This document shows positions 31,447 through 43,559 of a stretch of 64,000 bases of DNA, piece by piece. Made by a program: the position numbers and the translations under genes. The stretch is from NCBI RefSeq assembly GCF_054482595.1, contig NZ_CM137008.1; one strand, given 5' to 3'. Below the pieces are notes generated by a model that was not told where the DNA came from, ran no database searches, and worked only from the letters and a program-made list of their open reading frames with translations. How positions within the stretch are numbered: the first letter of the stretch is position 1; every line of letters starts with the position of its first letter.

Positions 31447-33408
31447 TTACCCTTTTCGCTTAGGCAATGTTTTCAGCAGCTCATCCGGACTTACGGATGC
31501 CACTACGCTTCCCGGTAACGGCATTTTCAGTATGTGATTTTTGATTTTGCCAATGACGTGCATCTCGCATGGGCGGCAATCAAACTTTAGCGTTAATACT
31601 TCATCGCCGTTAACCAGTTGCATTGGCGTCGCCTTCCAGCTTTTGATATTGCCTTTCGCCTGTTTCGGGCACAGATTAAAGGCAAAGCGCAGACAATGCT
31701 TGGTGATCATCACCGGGACTTCGCCCTTCTCTTCATGTGCTTCATACGCCGCGTCAATCAGCTGCACACCATAGCGATGATAAAATTCACGCGCTTTCTG
31801 GTTGTATACGTTCGCGAGGAAACTCAGATGCGTTTGCGGATAAACCGGCGCAGGATCAGCAACCGGTTTACGGCTGCCGCGCTGGTAACTGGCAAGACGC
31901 GCAGCATCCAGCATGTCAGCAGCTTCACGGCGGAACTGGTTTAACAGACTGTTTGGTACAAACAGCGCCCCCGGCAAATTAATTTGCACATCGCGGGCGT
32001 AATAGAGGGTTTGCCCCAGTTTTGCCAGACCATCCTTCAGATTGTTCATTGCTTTTTCGGCGTTATTGGCTTCGTCGAACTGCCCGTCCAGCGTATGCGT
32101 GATGCTGACACCCTCTTCACTGGTGAGGGTCAGAATCAGTTGTTCCTGCCAGCCGCCCAGTTCAATGTCTACCGCCACCCGACGTTCGCTGGAGGTTTTT
32201 GTCAGTGCCTGCTGCCAGTTATGATCAAGATTACGGTTTAGTGGGTGATGTGGACGAATTTTGTGCAAATCTGCTGGCATTTCATTGGGCCAGACGCGGT
32301 ACTGATTTTCTCCGGTTTTCTCGACCGTATTGGCACGAAAACCGACGACTTCACGTTTAATCATCACGTTCAGGCCATCACCATTTGCCAGTGGCTCGGT
32401 GACGGCAACATCGAGATGATCTTTCGCCACTTTCAATACTTCGCCTACCGGCAGGCCGATAAATTTCGGCGAATCGAACGCGCCAATATCGCCTTTACGG
32501 GCATTCACAAAATAATCTGTGCTACCACGGTGGAAAGTCTTTTCCGTCGATGGAACAAAGAAATGTTCAGTACGACCTGATGAAGCGCGCGCCAGATCGC
32601 CACGTTCTTCAATAATGGCATCAAGCATCTGGCGATAATGGGCGGTGATATTCTTCACGTAGCTCATATCTTTGTAACGCCCTTCAATCTTGAAGGAGCG
32701 TACGCCAGCATCAATCAGCGCGCCGAGGTTGGCAGTCTGATCGTTATCTTTCATCGACAGCAGATGTTTTTCATAGGAAACCACCCGCCCCTGATCGTCT
32801 TTCAATGTGTATGGCAAACGGCACGCCTGCGAGCAATCACCACGGTTGGCGCTACGCCCTGTTTGCGCATGAGAAATGTAGCACTGACCCGAATAGGCCA
32901 CGCACAGTGCCCCATGAATAAAGAATTCAATGGTCGCGTCCGTGGCCTGGTGAATCGCGCGGATCTGCTCAAGATTCAGCTCTCGCGCCAGCACAATCTG
33001 CGTGAAGCCAACATCAGAGAGGAACTTCGCTTTTTCAACTGTACGAATGTCGCACTGCGTACTGGCGTGCAGTTCAATCGGCGGAATATCAAGTTCCAGA
33101 ATCCCCATATCCTGAACAATCAGCGCATCGACACCGGTCTGGTAGAGGTCAGTAATCAGCCGTTGCGCGGGTTCCAGCTCATCATCATGCAAAATGGTGT
33201 TAAGCGTGACGAAAATTTTTGCACCATAACGATGGGCAAACGGCACCAGCTCGGCAATATCTTTCAGGCTATTACTGGCATTATGACGGGCACCAAAACC
33301 AGGGCCGCCGATATAAACAGCATCGGCACCGTGCAAAATAGCTTCGCGGGCAATGGCGGCATCGCGTGCCGGGCTTAACAGTTCAAGTCGATGAGAAGAT
33401 ACGGTCAC
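31447..33408 (-). CDS. rlhA: Peptidase U32-family protein, 23S rRNA hydroxycytidine synthesis factor
   Basis: ORF 31447..33450; start placed at the GTG giving MTVSSHRLELLSPARDA and 653 aa. Confidence 0.8.
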   Translation of the reverse strand: MTVSSHRLELLSPARDAAIAREAILHGADAVYIGGPGFGARHNASNSLKDIAELVPFAHRYGAKIFVTLNTILHDDELEPAQRLITDLYQTGVDALIVQDMGILELDIPPIELHASTQCDIRTVEKAKFLSDVGFTQIVLARELNLEQIRAIHQATDATIEFFIHGALCVAYSGQCYISHAQTGRSANRGDCSQACRLPYTLKDDQGRVVSYEKHLLSMKDNDQTANLGALIDAGVRSFKIEGRYKDMSYVKNITAHYRQMLDAIIEERGDLARASSGRTEHFFVPSTEKTFHRGSTDYFVNARKGDIGAFDSPKFIGLPVGEVLKVAKDHLDVAVTEPLANGDGLNVMIKREVVGFRANTVEKTGENQYRVWPNEMPADLHKIRPHHPLNRNLDHNWQQALTKTSSERRVAVDIELGGWQEQLILTLTSEEGVSITHTLDGQFDEANNAEKAMNNLKDGLAKLGQTLYYARDVQINLPGALFVPNSLLNQFRREAADMLDAARLASYQRGSRKPVADPAPVYPQTHLSFLANVYNQKAREFYHRYGVQLIDAAYEAHEEKGEVPVMITKHCLRFAFNLCPKQAKGNIKSWKATPMQLVNGDEVLTLKFDCRPCEMHVIGKIKNHILKMPLPGSVVASVSPDELLKTLPKRKG

Positions 33409-33480
33409 ATTCTTATCCAGTAGCTGAAAAATGGCGGCTATTTTAGCCACAAGCGCGACGTTGCGAAATAGTTTTCCCGC

Positions 33481-34017
33481 TTAACTGCGCGGGTAATGGA
33501 TGAGGGAATGAAAATGTACGGTTTGCTCCCCACCATTACGATAGATATGCGTGACGTCTGCAGCAAATCGAACGCCTTCCCCACAATTAAGGGTCTGCCA
33601 TTCCCCATCAACGCACAGATCAAGTTGTCCATCAATGACGACGACATGTTCGATTACCCCCTTCTCATGGGGCGTCGATTCGCTTATTGCACCAGATGCC
33701 ATCTGAATCGAGAAGTGTTCGAAGCAGAGTTGTGGATCATAAGGAAACAGCGAAGTGATCACCATCGCCTGCTGTTGTGGATCATAAACTGAAGGCGTAG
33801 CGGACTGCGGCGGAGAAATAAATGTTGAAAATGGTACGTTCAACCCGGTGGCAATTTTCCATAATGTCGCGACCGTCGGACTGGACTCATTACGCTCAAT
33901 CTGCCCTAACATTGCTTTAGAAACGCCCGTCGCTTCTGCCAGTCGCGAAAGACTCCAGCCGCGCTGCTGGCGTAGTTGTTTAAGTGTGGTGGATAAAAAG
34001 CGAGCGAGATTTTCCAT
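33481..34017 (-). CDS. sutR: XRE-HTH/cupin transcriptional regulator
   Basis: 178-aa ORF; N-terminal HTH, C-terminal cupin. Confidence 0.8.
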   Translation of the reverse strand: MENLARFLSTTLKQLRQQRGWSLSRLAEATGVSKAMLGQIERNESSPTVATLWKIATGLNVPFSTFISPPQSATPSVYDPQQQAMVITSLFPYDPQLCFEHFSIQMASGAISESTPHEKGVIEHVVVIDGQLDLCVDGEWQTLNCGEGVRFAADVTHIYRNGGEQTVHFHSLIHYPRS

Positions 34018-34108
34018 GCGACTCCTCCGGCAAAACGGAAGTTTATCACTTGTGCGTTATAACGGACAAATGCTACGGTGCCTGTACGCTATAACGCACG
34101 AGGTGACT

Positions 34109-35284
34109 ATGCGTCTGTTTTCTATTCCTCCACCCACGCTACTGGCGGGGTTTCTGGCGGTATTAATTGGCTACGCCAGTTCAGCGGCAATAATCTGGCA
34201 AGCAGCGATTGTCGCCGGAGCCACCACTGCACAAATCTCTGGCTGGATGACGGCGCTGGGGCTGGCAATGGGCGTCAGTACGCTGACTCTGACATTATGG
34301 TATCGCGTACCTGTTCTCACCGCATGGTCAACGCCTGGCGCGGCTTTGTTGGTCACCGGATTGCAGGGACTAACACTTAACGAAGCCATCGGCGTTTTTA
34401 TTGTCACCAACGCGTTAATAGTCCTCTGCGGCATAACGGGACTCTTTGCTCGTCTGATGCGCATTATTCCGCACTCGCTTGCGGCGGCAATGCTTGCCGG
34501 GATTTTATTACGCTTTGGTTTACAGGCGTTTGCCAGTCTGGACGGTCAATTTACGTTGTGTGGAAGTATGTTGCTGGTATGGCTGGCAACCAAGGCCGTT
34601 GCGCCGCGCTATGCGGTAATTGCCGCGATGATTATTGGGATCGTGATCGTCATCGCGCAAGGTGACGTTGTCACAACTGATGTTGTCTTTAAACCCGTTC
34701 TCCCCACTTATATTACCCCTGATTTTTCGTTTGCTCACAGCCTGAGCGTTGCACTCCCCCTTTTTCTGGTGACGATGGCATCGCAAAACGCACCGGGTAT
34801 CGCAGCAATGAAAGCAGCTGGATATTCGGCTCCTGTTTCGCCATTAATTGTATTTACTGGATTGCTGGCACTGGTTTTTTCCCCTTTCGGCGTTTATTCC
34901 GTCGGTATTGCGGCAATCACCGCGGCTATTTGCCAAAGCCCGGAAGCGCATCCGGATAAAGATCAACGTTGGCTGGCAGCTGCCGTTGCAGGCATTTTCT
35001 ATTTGCTCGCAGGTCTGTTTGGTAGTGCCATTACCGGGATGATGGCTGCCCTGCCCGTAAGTTGGATCCAGATGCTGGCAGGTCTGGCGCTGTTGAGTAC
35101 CATTGGCGGCAGTTTGTATCAGGCGCTGCATAATGAGCGTGAGCGCGACGCGGCGGTGGTGGCATTTCTGGTAACGGCAAGTGGATTGACGCTGGTCGGG
35201 ATTGGTTCTGCGTTCTGGGGATTAATTGCCGGAGGCGTTTGTTACGTGGTGTTGAATTTAATCGCTGACAGAAACCGATATTGA
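34109..35284 (+). CDS. ydcO: BenE-family membrane transporter
   Basis: Start placed at MRLFSIPPPTLLAG within ORF 33848..35284; 391 aa. Confidence 0.8.
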   Translation: MRLFSIPPPTLLAGFLAVLIGYASSAAIIWQAAIVAGATTAQISGWMTALGLAMGVSTLTLTLWYRVPVLTAWSTPGAALLVTGLQGLTLNEAIGVFIVTNALIVLCGITGLFARLMRIIPHSLAAAMLAGILLRFGLQAFASLDGQFTLCGSMLLVWLATKAVAPRYAVIAAMIIGIVIVIAQGDVVTTDVVFKPVLPTYITPDFSFAHSLSVALPLFLVTMASQNAPGIAAMKAAGYSAPVSPLIVFTGLLALVFSPFGVYSVGIAAITAAICQSPEAHPDKDQRWLAAAVAGIFYLLAGLFGSAITGMMAALPVSWIQMLAGLALLSTIGGSLYQALHNERERDAAVVAFLVTASGLTLVGIGSAFWGLIAGGVCYVVLNLIADRNRY

Positions 35285-35323
35285 CATCCTCCACGCCCTG
35301 AAGGACGTGGATCCCTGCTACGT

Positions 35324-36532
35324 TCAGGCTGTCGCCTGAATCATTTCGGTGGGTTCCTGCTTCAACGGGCGGCCTGACTGCACCATCTCTCCACAGGCAA
35401 GAACGGCGTGCCCCGCCGCTAAAATGTTACGAGCGCCATTTACATCGGCGTTCGCTGTATATCCACATACCTGGCATCTGAATTTACTTTGTGACAGGCG
35501 GTTCTCTTTCGCTGTATGACCACAGTACGCGCAACGCTGGCTTGTATACGCTGGCGGAACAGCAAGCACCTGACCGCCACGCCAGAGCTGCTTGTACTCA
35601 AGCTGGCGGTGCATTTCATACCAGCCCTGATCCAGTATCGAACGGTTTAAACCTGATTTTGCCCGGACATTGCGCCCCGGCTGGCTGACCGTACCCGCTG
35701 CTGACTTTGACATGTTGCTGACCTTCAAATCCTCAATGACTATCATTGCGTGGTTTTTGCTGACGGCCGTTGTGACTTTGTGAAGGTAGTCCCTGCGGAT
35801 ATTTGCGATACAGGAATGCAGTCGCTGTATTTTGCGTTTCTGCTTCTGCCAGTTGTTGCTGAATTTGACCTTGCGGCTTAACTGTCGCTGAAGTCTCGCC
35901 AGCGTCTTCTGGTTTTTCTGAAAACTGTTTACAGGCTCAAAGACTGTGCCATCTGACAGCGTGGCGAGTTTAGCCACGCCAGCATCCAGCCCGACCATTG
36001 ATGCTGAAGGGTGAGCCGGAGTGGATACTTCACTTTCTGTCTGAATACTGATGTACCACTTACCGCAGGACTGGCTGACAGTGACATTTTTCACAACACC
36101 CGTGACCTGACGGCTGTTCCGGTAGCGCATCCAGCCCAGTTTCGGCAGAAAAATACGGCTGTTTTCCTGATCGAGCTTAACGCCCTGCGGGTAGCGGAAT
36201 GCATCATTCTGTCCCCGCTTTTTGAATCGGGGAAAAGCAGCCCGCTTCCGGAAGAAGTTTTTGTAAGCCCGCTCAAGGTCTTTCAGTGACTGTTGCAATG
36301 GCTGTGAGGGAGAATCTTTAAGCCATTGCGTTTCAGTGGCATTTTTCCACTCAACCAGCCAGGAAGCCATTTTCCCGTAAGGGATGTATTTATTACCGGC
36401 CTCATGATTCTCATTCTGACGTGCCAGAGCACGATTGAAAACGAAACGACATGCGCCTGCGAAGCGCCTCATTTCACACTCCTGTTGACCACCTGGTCTT
36501 AACTGGAATTTAAATGCCTGTAATCGTTTCAC
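35324..36532 (-). CDS. insQ: TnpB (OrfB) IS200/IS605 accessory protein, RuvC-like with C-terminal zinc finger
   Basis: 402-aa ORF; C-terminal CAYCGH...CQVCG zinc finger and RuvC-like region. Confidence 0.8.
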   Translation of the reverse strand: MKRLQAFKFQLRPGGQQECEMRRFAGACRFVFNRALARQNENHEAGNKYIPYGKMASWLVEWKNATETQWLKDSPSQPLQQSLKDLERAYKNFFRKRAAFPRFKKRGQNDAFRYPQGVKLDQENSRIFLPKLGWMRYRNSRQVTGVVKNVTVSQSCGKWYISIQTESEVSTPAHPSASMVGLDAGVAKLATLSDGTVFEPVNSFQKNQKTLARLQRQLSRKVKFSNNWQKQKRKIQRLHSCIANIRRDYLHKVTTAVSKNHAMIVIEDLKVSNMSKSAAGTVSQPGRNVRAKSGLNRSILDQGWYEMHRQLEYKQLWRGGQVLAVPPAYTSQRCAYCGHTAKENRLSQSKFRCQVCGYTANADVNGARNILAAGHAVLACGEMVQSGRPLKQEPTEMIQATA

Positions 36533-36539
36533 AGGTCAA

Positions 36540-37046
36540 ATGATACTTTGGTCTGTGAAAAAAGAAACCGATATCCGGCGTGGAAGGCATTGTGTTTTCC
36601 TGATGCATGTTCACCTGGTCTTTGTCACCAGATACCGACGCCAGATTTTTGACCATGACGCGACAGAAAAACTACGCACTTACTTTTCAAATGTATGTGC
36701 TTATTTTGAAGCTGAACTGGTTGAAATGGATGGCGAACCAGATCACGTCCATTTGTTAATTAACTAACCTCCCAAACTGGCGATATCCAGTCTGGTAAAC
36801 AGCCTCAAAGGCGTATCGGGTAGGTTACTGCGACGAGATCGACCAGATATTGCAGTCAGGTATTACTACAAAGGCGTTTTGTGGAGTCCTGGCTATTTTG
36901 CCAGTAGCTGCGGAGGTGCGCCAATATCCGTCATCCGCCAATACATTGAACAACAGCAAACACCTGGTCAGGTGGAAAACCGCGCCTTATATCCCCGCCC
37001 TGAAGGATGGGGTTTTACGGCGCACCGGATAAAAAGCGCCATCTAA
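36540..37046 (+). pseudogene. IS200-type TnpA (Y1 transposase) interrupted by an in-frame TAA
   Basis: HVHLLIN-stop-PPKLAISSLVNSLKG...YYYKGVLWSPGYF: HuH motif and catalytic-Tyr region in one frame, split by TAA at 36765..36767. Confidence 0.65.
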
Positions 37047-37063
37047 CGATGGCGCGTCTGGAA

Positions 37064-37732
37064 CTACTTTTTGTTAACGTCAAACATGGTGGCATCGGTC
37101 GCCATGTCATCAATAACTTGTTTAATATTTTCGAAAGCCATTGGCGTACTTTCGTTATTCAGGTCTTTACCTTCGCCCTGACGAACGACTTTGATAACCG
37201 GTTTATTAGTCGCTGCATCAATCAGCTCACCTTCAAAATAGAGGCGAGTATCCATGGTACGGTGGCCTGTAGCCATTTGCGTCCCCGCAACCACTAATGC
37301 AACAGGAACCACTTCATAGAATTGCAGCCCTTCTTTGCTGGTATCTACACCGGTAATGGCCCCACGGAAAATCAGACTACGCGGCCCAGCGGTGGTAACC
37401 ACTGGTTTACGCTGCGCTATCGCTTCTTTCATTTCGGTGTTGGTATAGTTCAAAATTTTATCCAGAACTTTCTGCCCTACCTGGGTAGAAGGTTTTGGTA
37501 CCGGATAATAAGTGATTGGGTTCCAGACGATGCTGTCATATTTGCTTTGATCAAAACTCGGGTCTACCCAACGTAAAACAGGTTTACCTGTTGCTGAGGT
37601 TGTTTCTTTTAAATCAGAGTAATTGTTTAAAAAACCAGAATATTTATCTGGCTGGGTGATTTTAGAGGCACAACCAGACAGAGCCAACAAGCCGCATAAA
37701 GCTGCAACTTTCGCAAATGATGTGGTACGCAT
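37064..37732 (-). CDS. ydcL: Lipoprotein (DUF3313-like)
   Basis: 222-aa ORF; signal peptide with lipobox LSGC. Confidence 0.8.
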   Translation of the reverse strand: MRTTSFAKVAALCGLLALSGCASKITQPDKYSGFLNNYSDLKETTSATGKPVLRWVDPSFDQSKYDSIVWNPITYYPVPKPSTQVGQKVLDKILNYTNTEMKEAIAQRKPVVTTAGPRSLIFRGAITGVDTSKEGLQFYEVVPVALVVAGTQMATGHRTMDTRLYFEGELIDAATNKPVIKVVRQGEGKDLNNESTPMAFENIKQVIDDMATDATMFDVNKK

Positions 37733-38035
37733 GAATAGTTTCCTGAGATGATTATATTACTTTTTAAGTTATAGCAAAAAGCGCCGCTTCGTGTTGTGGC
37801 AAAAAAAGTGTTGGTGAAAATAAATTTTTTTAGCCCCTTTTCAGACGACATAGTCAATGCCGCAAAAGGGGCTAAGTCAATCATCAGTAGTTAAATTTCA
37901 GTAAGTTAAGCTGCTAAAAAACTTCGACTACTGTGATTAATTTCACATCCCTTCGATAAAAAATATGCTTACCGAAAAGAAGAACAGTAAATCATCTCAG
38001 CGTGGGGAATTTTCACGCGCCTTATTCTTAGCGGG

Positions 38036-38629
38036 TCATTTTTTACGTGCCAGCATCGTGGCGAAACGCAGTTTAATACGATTACCGTTGGCGTCGGTGC
38101 GGTGCAGCTCGCCGACGTCTTCATTGTATTTCACCCTCTCCCAGCCTTCGTAATATCGACGTAATTCTCCCTCTTTGAAGGCAAACGGGAAGCCGACGGT
38201 ACATGGATAATCAGCGGTATCCATCGCCGCCACAATCAGGTTGTAACCACCAGGTTTAGTGCAACGTTGCATATTGGCAATCAACCCGGGGATGGTTTTA
38301 GCCTCAAGGAACATCAGCACCACAGTCGAAAGAATAAAATCGTACTGTCCATCAAATGTGAGGTTATTCAGATCAACGACCCGGGTGTGTAAATTATCCA
38401 GATTTTCAATGGATTTAATGCGCTCGACGTTGGCGATACTCATGGCATTTTTATCCCATGCGTCAACATCATAACCATTGGCTGCCAGGTAAAGACTGTT
38501 ACGACCATTGCCACAGCCCAGATCCAGCGTTTTACCCGGTTTAACCACTTTCACCGCTTCCAGTACTTCAGAGTGTGTGCGGGTTAATTCATATTTATCA
38601 GTAAAATAGTTTTCGTCACGAATGATCAT
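38036..38629 (-). CDS. tehB: Tellurite-resistance SAM-dependent methyltransferase
   Basis: 197-aa ORF with SAM-binding motif [10 protein letters not shown]; ATGA overlap with tehA. Confidence 0.9.
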   Translation of the reverse strand: MIIRDENYFTDKYELTRTHSEVLEAVKVVKPGKTLDLGCGNGRNSLYLAANGYDVDAWDKNAMSIANVERIKSIENLDNLHTRVVDLNNLTFDGQYDFILSTVVLMFLEAKTIPGLIANMQRCTKPGGYNLIVAAMDTADYPCTVGFPFAFKEGELRRYYEGWERVKYNEDVGELHRTDANGNRIKLRFATMLARKK

Positions 38630-39618
38630 TCTTTGTCCTCTGCTTTCATTAAAACGGCGCGCTCGGTTCTGACTAACAATTTTCCCTGCATCAGAAGCGC
38701 GAAAGTACGGATGAGCAGTATTGCAATAATAAAATTGGTAAAGATAAACAGCGGTACCGCCAGCGTATGGAAAAATCCATTTTCGCTGCCACTCCCCAGA
38801 TGCAAACCGGTGGTTGCCAGTGCAGATACGCCGAACGAGAAACTCCAGAATGAAGCATTAAATGGCTGGGAGAGATACCATGGCATCAGACGTAGCATAA
38901 ACAGCAGTTGCAGCAGTCCATAACCAAAAAGCATTTTCGCCAGCGTATCACCCTCGCCGCCGTTGACGCTCAACCAAGCACTACAGGCCACCAGCGCAGG
39001 AGCGAGCTGAATGCCGAGTGATGTCCGCAGTGCCGTGGGTAATTCTCCCGAACTGCGCAGACGCTGCAAGATCACAGGTTCAAGGCTTAGCCATGAGAAA
39101 ACGCCTGCGCCTAAAAACACCAGACCGGCGTCGGTGTAGCCCAACGCACCACAGGCCATTGCGCTGATAAAGTTGTTGGCAACTGTCGGCAGATACAGTC
39201 CAGGCGTGGTAGCTTCTTCAGGGTGAGATCCGCGCCATAATCCCGCAGTTTGCCAGGCGGCATAAGCCAACTGAACCACGACACCAAAACTGAACAGGCA
39301 CACCGCCAGTGGGCGAAACCACGGAACAAAACCAATCGCCACCAGCATCGTCGTTGCCGGAAACAAACTCACAAAACTGCTCATCACTGGATGGCGCACT
39401 TCTGCCAGCACGCTATGCGGAAAGCGTATGAGTCGGGTAATAAATGCGCTAGTTAACAATCCCCAGATGATCATCGCCAGAATCACCAGCCCATCCCCTA
39501 ACCAGTGGCTGACCTGCCAAACCTGGCTGGCATAGCGCCAGGCAAATCCCATCCCTATCGTCCCCAACACAATACCAAAGTAGCCTGCCGGCAAATTGAG
39601 CACTTTATCGCTCTGCAT
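38626..39618 (-). CDS. tehA: Tellurite-resistance/dicarboxylate-transporter-family membrane protein
   Basis: ORF 38626..39726; start placed at [15 protein letters not shown] for 330 aa. Confidence 0.85.
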   Translation of the reverse strand: MQSDKVLNLPAGYFGIVLGTIGMGFAWRYASQVWQVSHWLGDGLVILAMIIWGLLTSAFITRLIRFPHSVLAEVRHPVMSSFVSLFPATTMLVAIGFVPWFRPLAVCLFSFGVVVQLAYAAWQTAGLWRGSHPEEATTPGLYLPTVANNFISAMACGALGYTDAGLVFLGAGVFSWLSLEPVILQRLRSSGELPTALRTSLGIQLAPALVACSAWLSVNGGEGDTLAKMLFGYGLLQLLFMLRLMPWYLSQPFNASFWSFSFGVSALATTGLHLGSGSENGFFHTLAVPLFIFTNFIIAILLIRTFALLMQGKLLVRTERAVLMKAEDKE

Positions 39619-39741
39619 CTTCTTACTCATTTTGTTTAATTTATAAAGTATATTTGAAATGCATTTTATGGAATTTTCTCGAGCATAGCCAGAGCCGCAG
39701 AATTTGCTACGGTTATAGTAAGTCACCTGTGGGAAAACGCT

Positions 39742-40722
39742 ATGCGCAAATATCGTCTAAGTGAAGAACAGCGAGCCTTTAGTTATCAGGAAGATGGCAC
39801 TAAAAAAAATGTGTTATTACGGCAGATTATCGCCATTAGCGATTTTAACGATGTGATAGCAGGAACCGCTGGCGGCTGGATCGATCGCGAAACGGTGTTA
39901 GCACAGGAAGGAAATTGCTGGATTTACGACCAGAACGCTATTGCGTTCGGCGGAGCGGTGATTTCCGGTAATACGCGCATCACCGGCACCAGCGTGCTGT
40001 GGGGAGAGGTTTACGCAACGGATAATGTCTGGATCGATAATAGTGAAATCAGCCAGGGTGCATATATAAGTGACAGCGTCACCATTCATGACTCACTGGT
40101 TTGCGGGCAATGTAGAATATTTGGTCACGCCTTAATTAATCAACATTCTATGATCGTCGCAGCACAAGGCTTAACGCCTGACCATCAACTCCTGCTACAA
40201 ATTTATGATCGCGCAAGGGTTAGCGCCTCGCGTATTGTCCACCAGGCACAAATTTATGGCGATGCCGTCATCCGGTATGCTTTTATTGAACATCGTGCCG
40301 AAGTTTTTGATTTTGCCAGTATTGAAGGTAATGAAGAGAACAACGTCTGGCTATGCGATTGCGCTAAAGTCTACGGTCACGCGCAGGTGAAAGCTGGCAT
40401 AGAAGAAGATGCCATTCCAACGATTCATTACAGTTCGCAGGTGGCGGAATATGCCATTGTGGAAGGTAATTGTGTGTTAAAACATCATGTCTTGATTGGC
40501 GGAAATGCCGTGGTACGTGGTGGACCGATTCTGCTCGACGAGCACGTTGTAATACAAGGTGAGAGCCGTATTACAGGTGCGGTGATAATTGAAAACCATG
40601 TGGAGTTAACCGACCACGCCGTCGTTGAAGCCTTTGATGGCGACACGGTTCATGTCCGTGGTCCAAAAGTCATTAACGGCGAGGAGCGCATTACGCGAAC
40701 GCCGCTGGCAGGGTTATTATGA
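39742..40722 (+). CDS. ydcK: Uncharacterised protein YdcK (hexapeptide-repeat/beta-helix-like)
   Basis: 326-aa ORF; repetitive beta-helix-like sequence. Confidence 0.8.
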   Translation: MRKYRLSEEQRAFSYQEDGTKKNVLLRQIIAISDFNDVIAGTAGGWIDRETVLAQEGNCWIYDQNAIAFGGAVISGNTRITGTSVLWGEVYATDNVWIDNSEISQGAYISDSVTIHDSLVCGQCRIFGHALINQHSMIVAAQGLTPDHQLLLQIYDRARVSASRIVHQAQIYGDAVIRYAFIEHRAEVFDFASIEGNEENNVWLCDCAKVYGHAQVKAGIEEDAIPTIHYSSQVAEYAIVEGNCVLKHHVLIGGNAVVRGGPILLDEHVVIQGESRITGAVIIENHVELTDHAVVEAFDGDTVHVRGPKVINGEERITRTPLAGLL

Positions 40723-41253
40723 ATCGATAATACGCGCGTATAAGTTCACATCATCATAGGCATCATTCAGGAACTCAGCCTGTTTCAGGCAACCTTCAAG
40801 GATAAAACCATTGCGCAAAGCGACCTGGTTGCTTTGCGGATTGTCCACCCGACATTTGATCACGAAGCGTCTAAGTTCACCAGACTGGGCGTAATGATGA
40901 ATCAATGCCTGCAGCGCCTGAGAAATGATCCCCTGCCCCTGATGAGATTCGTCCAGCCAGTAGCCTATTTCAGCGGTTTTATTCAGTGGTTCAATACGAT
41001 TAAACGAGATAACGCCGATAAGTTCATCTTCTTTGAAAATCATGAACATTTTGGCATAGCCGCGTTGATGCAACATCACATTACCCTGCACCGTTTTTCG
41101 CGTGTCCTCTTCACTCTGAACGAACTGCGGCCAGTTTAGCGACTGCTGTAACCAGGTTTTATTTTTACAGATTAACTGATAAAGAGGAGTGACGTGATTT
41201 TCTGCAACAGCATGTAATTCAAGTGATTCGCTTACTTTTATCGTTTCAGTCAT
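40717..41253 (-). CDS. rimL: Ribosomal protein L7/L12 N-acetyltransferase (GNAT)
   Basis: ORF 40717..41268; start placed at [16 protein letters not shown]. Confidence 0.85.
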   Translation of the reverse strand: MTETIKVSESLELHAVAENHVTPLYQLICKNKTWLQQSLNWPQFVQSEEDTRKTVQGNVMLHQRGYAKMFMIFKEDELIGVISFNRIEPLNKTAEIGYWLDESHQGQGIISQALQALIHHYAQSGELRRFVIKCRVDNPQSNQVALRNGFILEGCLKQAEFLNDAYDDVNLYARIIDS

Positions 41254-41315
41254 CTTATCTCCAGTCAATCCATGCTGTTGTTAAAAAAGCCGCCTGGCTG
41301 GCGGCTTAGGAAAGT

Positions 41316-41540
41316 TTACACCTCTTTGACGCTCTCCTGCTGCAGGATTTTGAGCATCTCATCTTTTAACTGTAGCTTTTGTTTTTTCATGCGGACCACT
41401 TCCGCATTGTACCCTCGACCGTCGGAACCTTCCTTTCTGGCAATTTCATGATCAAGTTTATTGTGTTTATCGAACAAGGACATAAAGCGAGGATTTTCGT
41501 TTTTCAGACGGGATATTAAATCTCGGTATTCTGGAAACAT
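41316..41540 (-). CDS. ydcH: Small DUF465-family protein
   Basis: About 74-aa ORF; synteny. Confidence 0.7.
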   Translation of the reverse strand: MFPEYRDLISRLKNENPRFMSLFDKHNKLDHEIARKEGSDGRGYNAEVVRMKKQKLQLKDEMLKILQQESVKEV

Positions 41541-41679
41541 ACGCACTCCCTGTTAGTGGCTGACAAGGTGTATCTGAAATACACACCATCAGATTACTCA
41601 TTTAACTTAGGGAAAAATGCGAGCGGGATCGTGTTTAACCAGACGGCACCTCCCGAAGAAGGTGCCGAAGAAAAAACGA

Positions 41680-43335
41680 TTAACTCATCACGCGGTCGTC
41701 AACATACTGACGTTTATCCGGCGCTGGCGGGAAATACTGATACAGCCATGTTTCACTGATAGCGTCCCCCTGACAACGTAGATACATCCGCATATCGACC
41801 GGATCAGTGGAGTCCGAAGTCGGATACCAGTCAAACTGAATACGATAACCATCGATGGGTTCAATATAGAGAATTTCGATTTGCTTCGCTTCCCCACTGG
41901 AAAGCGTAATCACCGGCTCAATGCCTTTTGGCGCGGCAGCTTTCAGATCACCACCAACGAAATCAACGGCAAAACGACGCGCCCATTTTTCGGGATAGTG
42001 TTCACCTGGCGCCCAACCTTCCGGGAAACCGCCCATGCCGGTACGCGTCGCCATAACGCGCGCTAATGGGCAATGAACAGGCGGTTGCGCACTCCAGTAC
42101 AGACGATACTGGAATGCAAACTCATCACCTGCTTTTACAGCTTTTTCTGGCTGCCAGAAGCAGACAATGTTATCCAGCGTTTCGCCCGTTGTTGGGATTT
42201 CCATCAGGCCGATGGTGCCCTTACCCCACTTGTTACGCGGTTCCACCCACAGACTTGGGCGTTTGTTATACCAGCCCATAATGTCCTGATAATGGGAGAA
42301 GTCACGATCCAGTTGCAATAAACCAAACCCTTTCGGGTTGTTGTCGGTGTAAGCATTGAATTGCAATTTTTGCGGATTATTCAGCGGACGGCAAATCCAC
42401 TCGCCGTTGCCCCGCCACATGGACAGACGATCAGAGTCATGAATTTGCGGATGAATTGTATCGCACATCCGACGTTCATTAGTACCGCAGCTGAACATAC
42501 TGGTCATCGGCGCAATGCCCAGCTGTTTAATGTCTTTGCGCGCATACAGGTGATTTTCCACATCCATAATCACCTGACTTTTCTCACAATGGATAGTGAA
42601 CTTATAGGCACCAGTAATGCTGGCGCTATCGAGCAACGCATAAACGGTAAAGGTAGTTGCCCCCGGTTTTACCGTATCAAACCAGAAGGCGGTAAAGTCG
42701 GGGAACTCTTCTTTACTGTCGGTGTAAGTGTCGATCGCCAGGCCGCGGGCCGACAAACCGTATTGATATGTATCATCAACGGCGCGGAAATAACTCGCGC
42801 CGAGAAATGATACTACATCACGGCGCGCCAGTTCGGGGGCTTTAAACACGCGAAAACCGGCAAAGCCGAGATCGCTTTGCCCTTCTAATTGTTTTGTATC
42901 AACACCTGCATCGTTGTATTTGAACAACTCCGGGCGAAAGTGAATTTCACGCGCCAGATGTGTTGCTGGATCTACAGAAAACATACGAACGCGGCGACGG
43001 AATCCCATTCCCATATGGAAGAACTGAGCGTCCAGTTGACGGTTCTCAACGTTATGCCAGAGCGATTTTTCGGCGTCGTATTGAATACTGTTATAAGCCT
43101 GCGGCGTCATTGTCGCCAGCGTGTCAGGTAACGGACGAGGCGCACCACGCCACGCTGTTTGCGCTAAGTCGTGCGCCATTGACTGTAGAATGGAGAAGTC
43201 AAAACGCTGGGTTTGCCCGTCGGCAATATCAGAATCTGCCGCGAATGCCGCCTGAGAAAAAAGAGAAGCAATGCCGCTGGTACCGCACACGGCGGCCATA
43301 GCCATTGAACCTTTAATAAATCGTCTACGATCCAT
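41680..43335 (-). CDS. opgD: Periplasmic glucan biosynthesis protein D, Tat-exported
   Basis: 551-aa ORF; twin-arginine signal [10 protein letters not shown]. Confidence 0.9.
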   Translation of the reverse strand: MDRRRFIKGSMAMAAVCGTSGIASLFSQAAFAADSDIADGQTQRFDFSILQSMAHDLAQTAWRGAPRPLPDTLATMTPQAYNSIQYDAEKSLWHNVENRQLDAQFFHMGMGFRRRVRMFSVDPATHLAREIHFRPELFKYNDAGVDTKQLEGQSDLGFAGFRVFKAPELARRDVVSFLGASYFRAVDDTYQYGLSARGLAIDTYTDSKEEFPDFTAFWFDTVKPGATTFTVYALLDSASITGAYKFTIHCEKSQVIMDVENHLYARKDIKQLGIAPMTSMFSCGTNERRMCDTIHPQIHDSDRLSMWRGNGEWICRPLNNPQKLQFNAYTDNNPKGFGLLQLDRDFSHYQDIMGWYNKRPSLWVEPRNKWGKGTIGLMEIPTTGETLDNIVCFWQPEKAVKAGDEFAFQYRLYWSAQPPVHCPLARVMATRTGMGGFPEGWAPGEHYPEKWARRFAVDFVGGDLKAAAPKGIEPVITLSSGEAKQIEILYIEPIDGYRIQFDWYPTSDSTDPVDMRMYLRCQGDAISETWLYQYFPPAPDKRQYVDDRVMS

Positions 43336-43559
43336 ACCTGAAAGTGAGTCCTTCTGGTGTTGTGAATGGTCCCGCGCTGGTCGTTTTCAGCGGCAAGAAA
43401 GTGCTTATTTATGACCGCTCACTCTAGACAATATTTATTAATAATCCAATTGTTGAACTGAGAGAATATGCATAAATCGGCATTTTTTTTATGTCGATGG
43501 GATGAGCCTGATTCGTTTGTAAAATCAGGCAAATTTTTGCAAAGGCGGATGGTCAGAAT

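Larger units (their letters stand above)
35290..37060. mobile_element. IS200/IS605-family insertion sequence (IS609-like) with divergent tnpB and tnpA
   Basis: TnpB-type and Y1/HuH TnpA-type genes with starts 8 bp apart; imperfect hairpin at 35291..35310 and perfect hairpin gcgccatc-taac-gatggcgc at 37036..37055 near the ends; boundaries approximate. Confidence 0.6.

Noticed and set aside
33848-34108. N-terminal extension of the ydcO ORF
   Set aside because: Overlaps the sutR 5' region on the opposite strand; the internal Met at 34109 begins the membrane protein.
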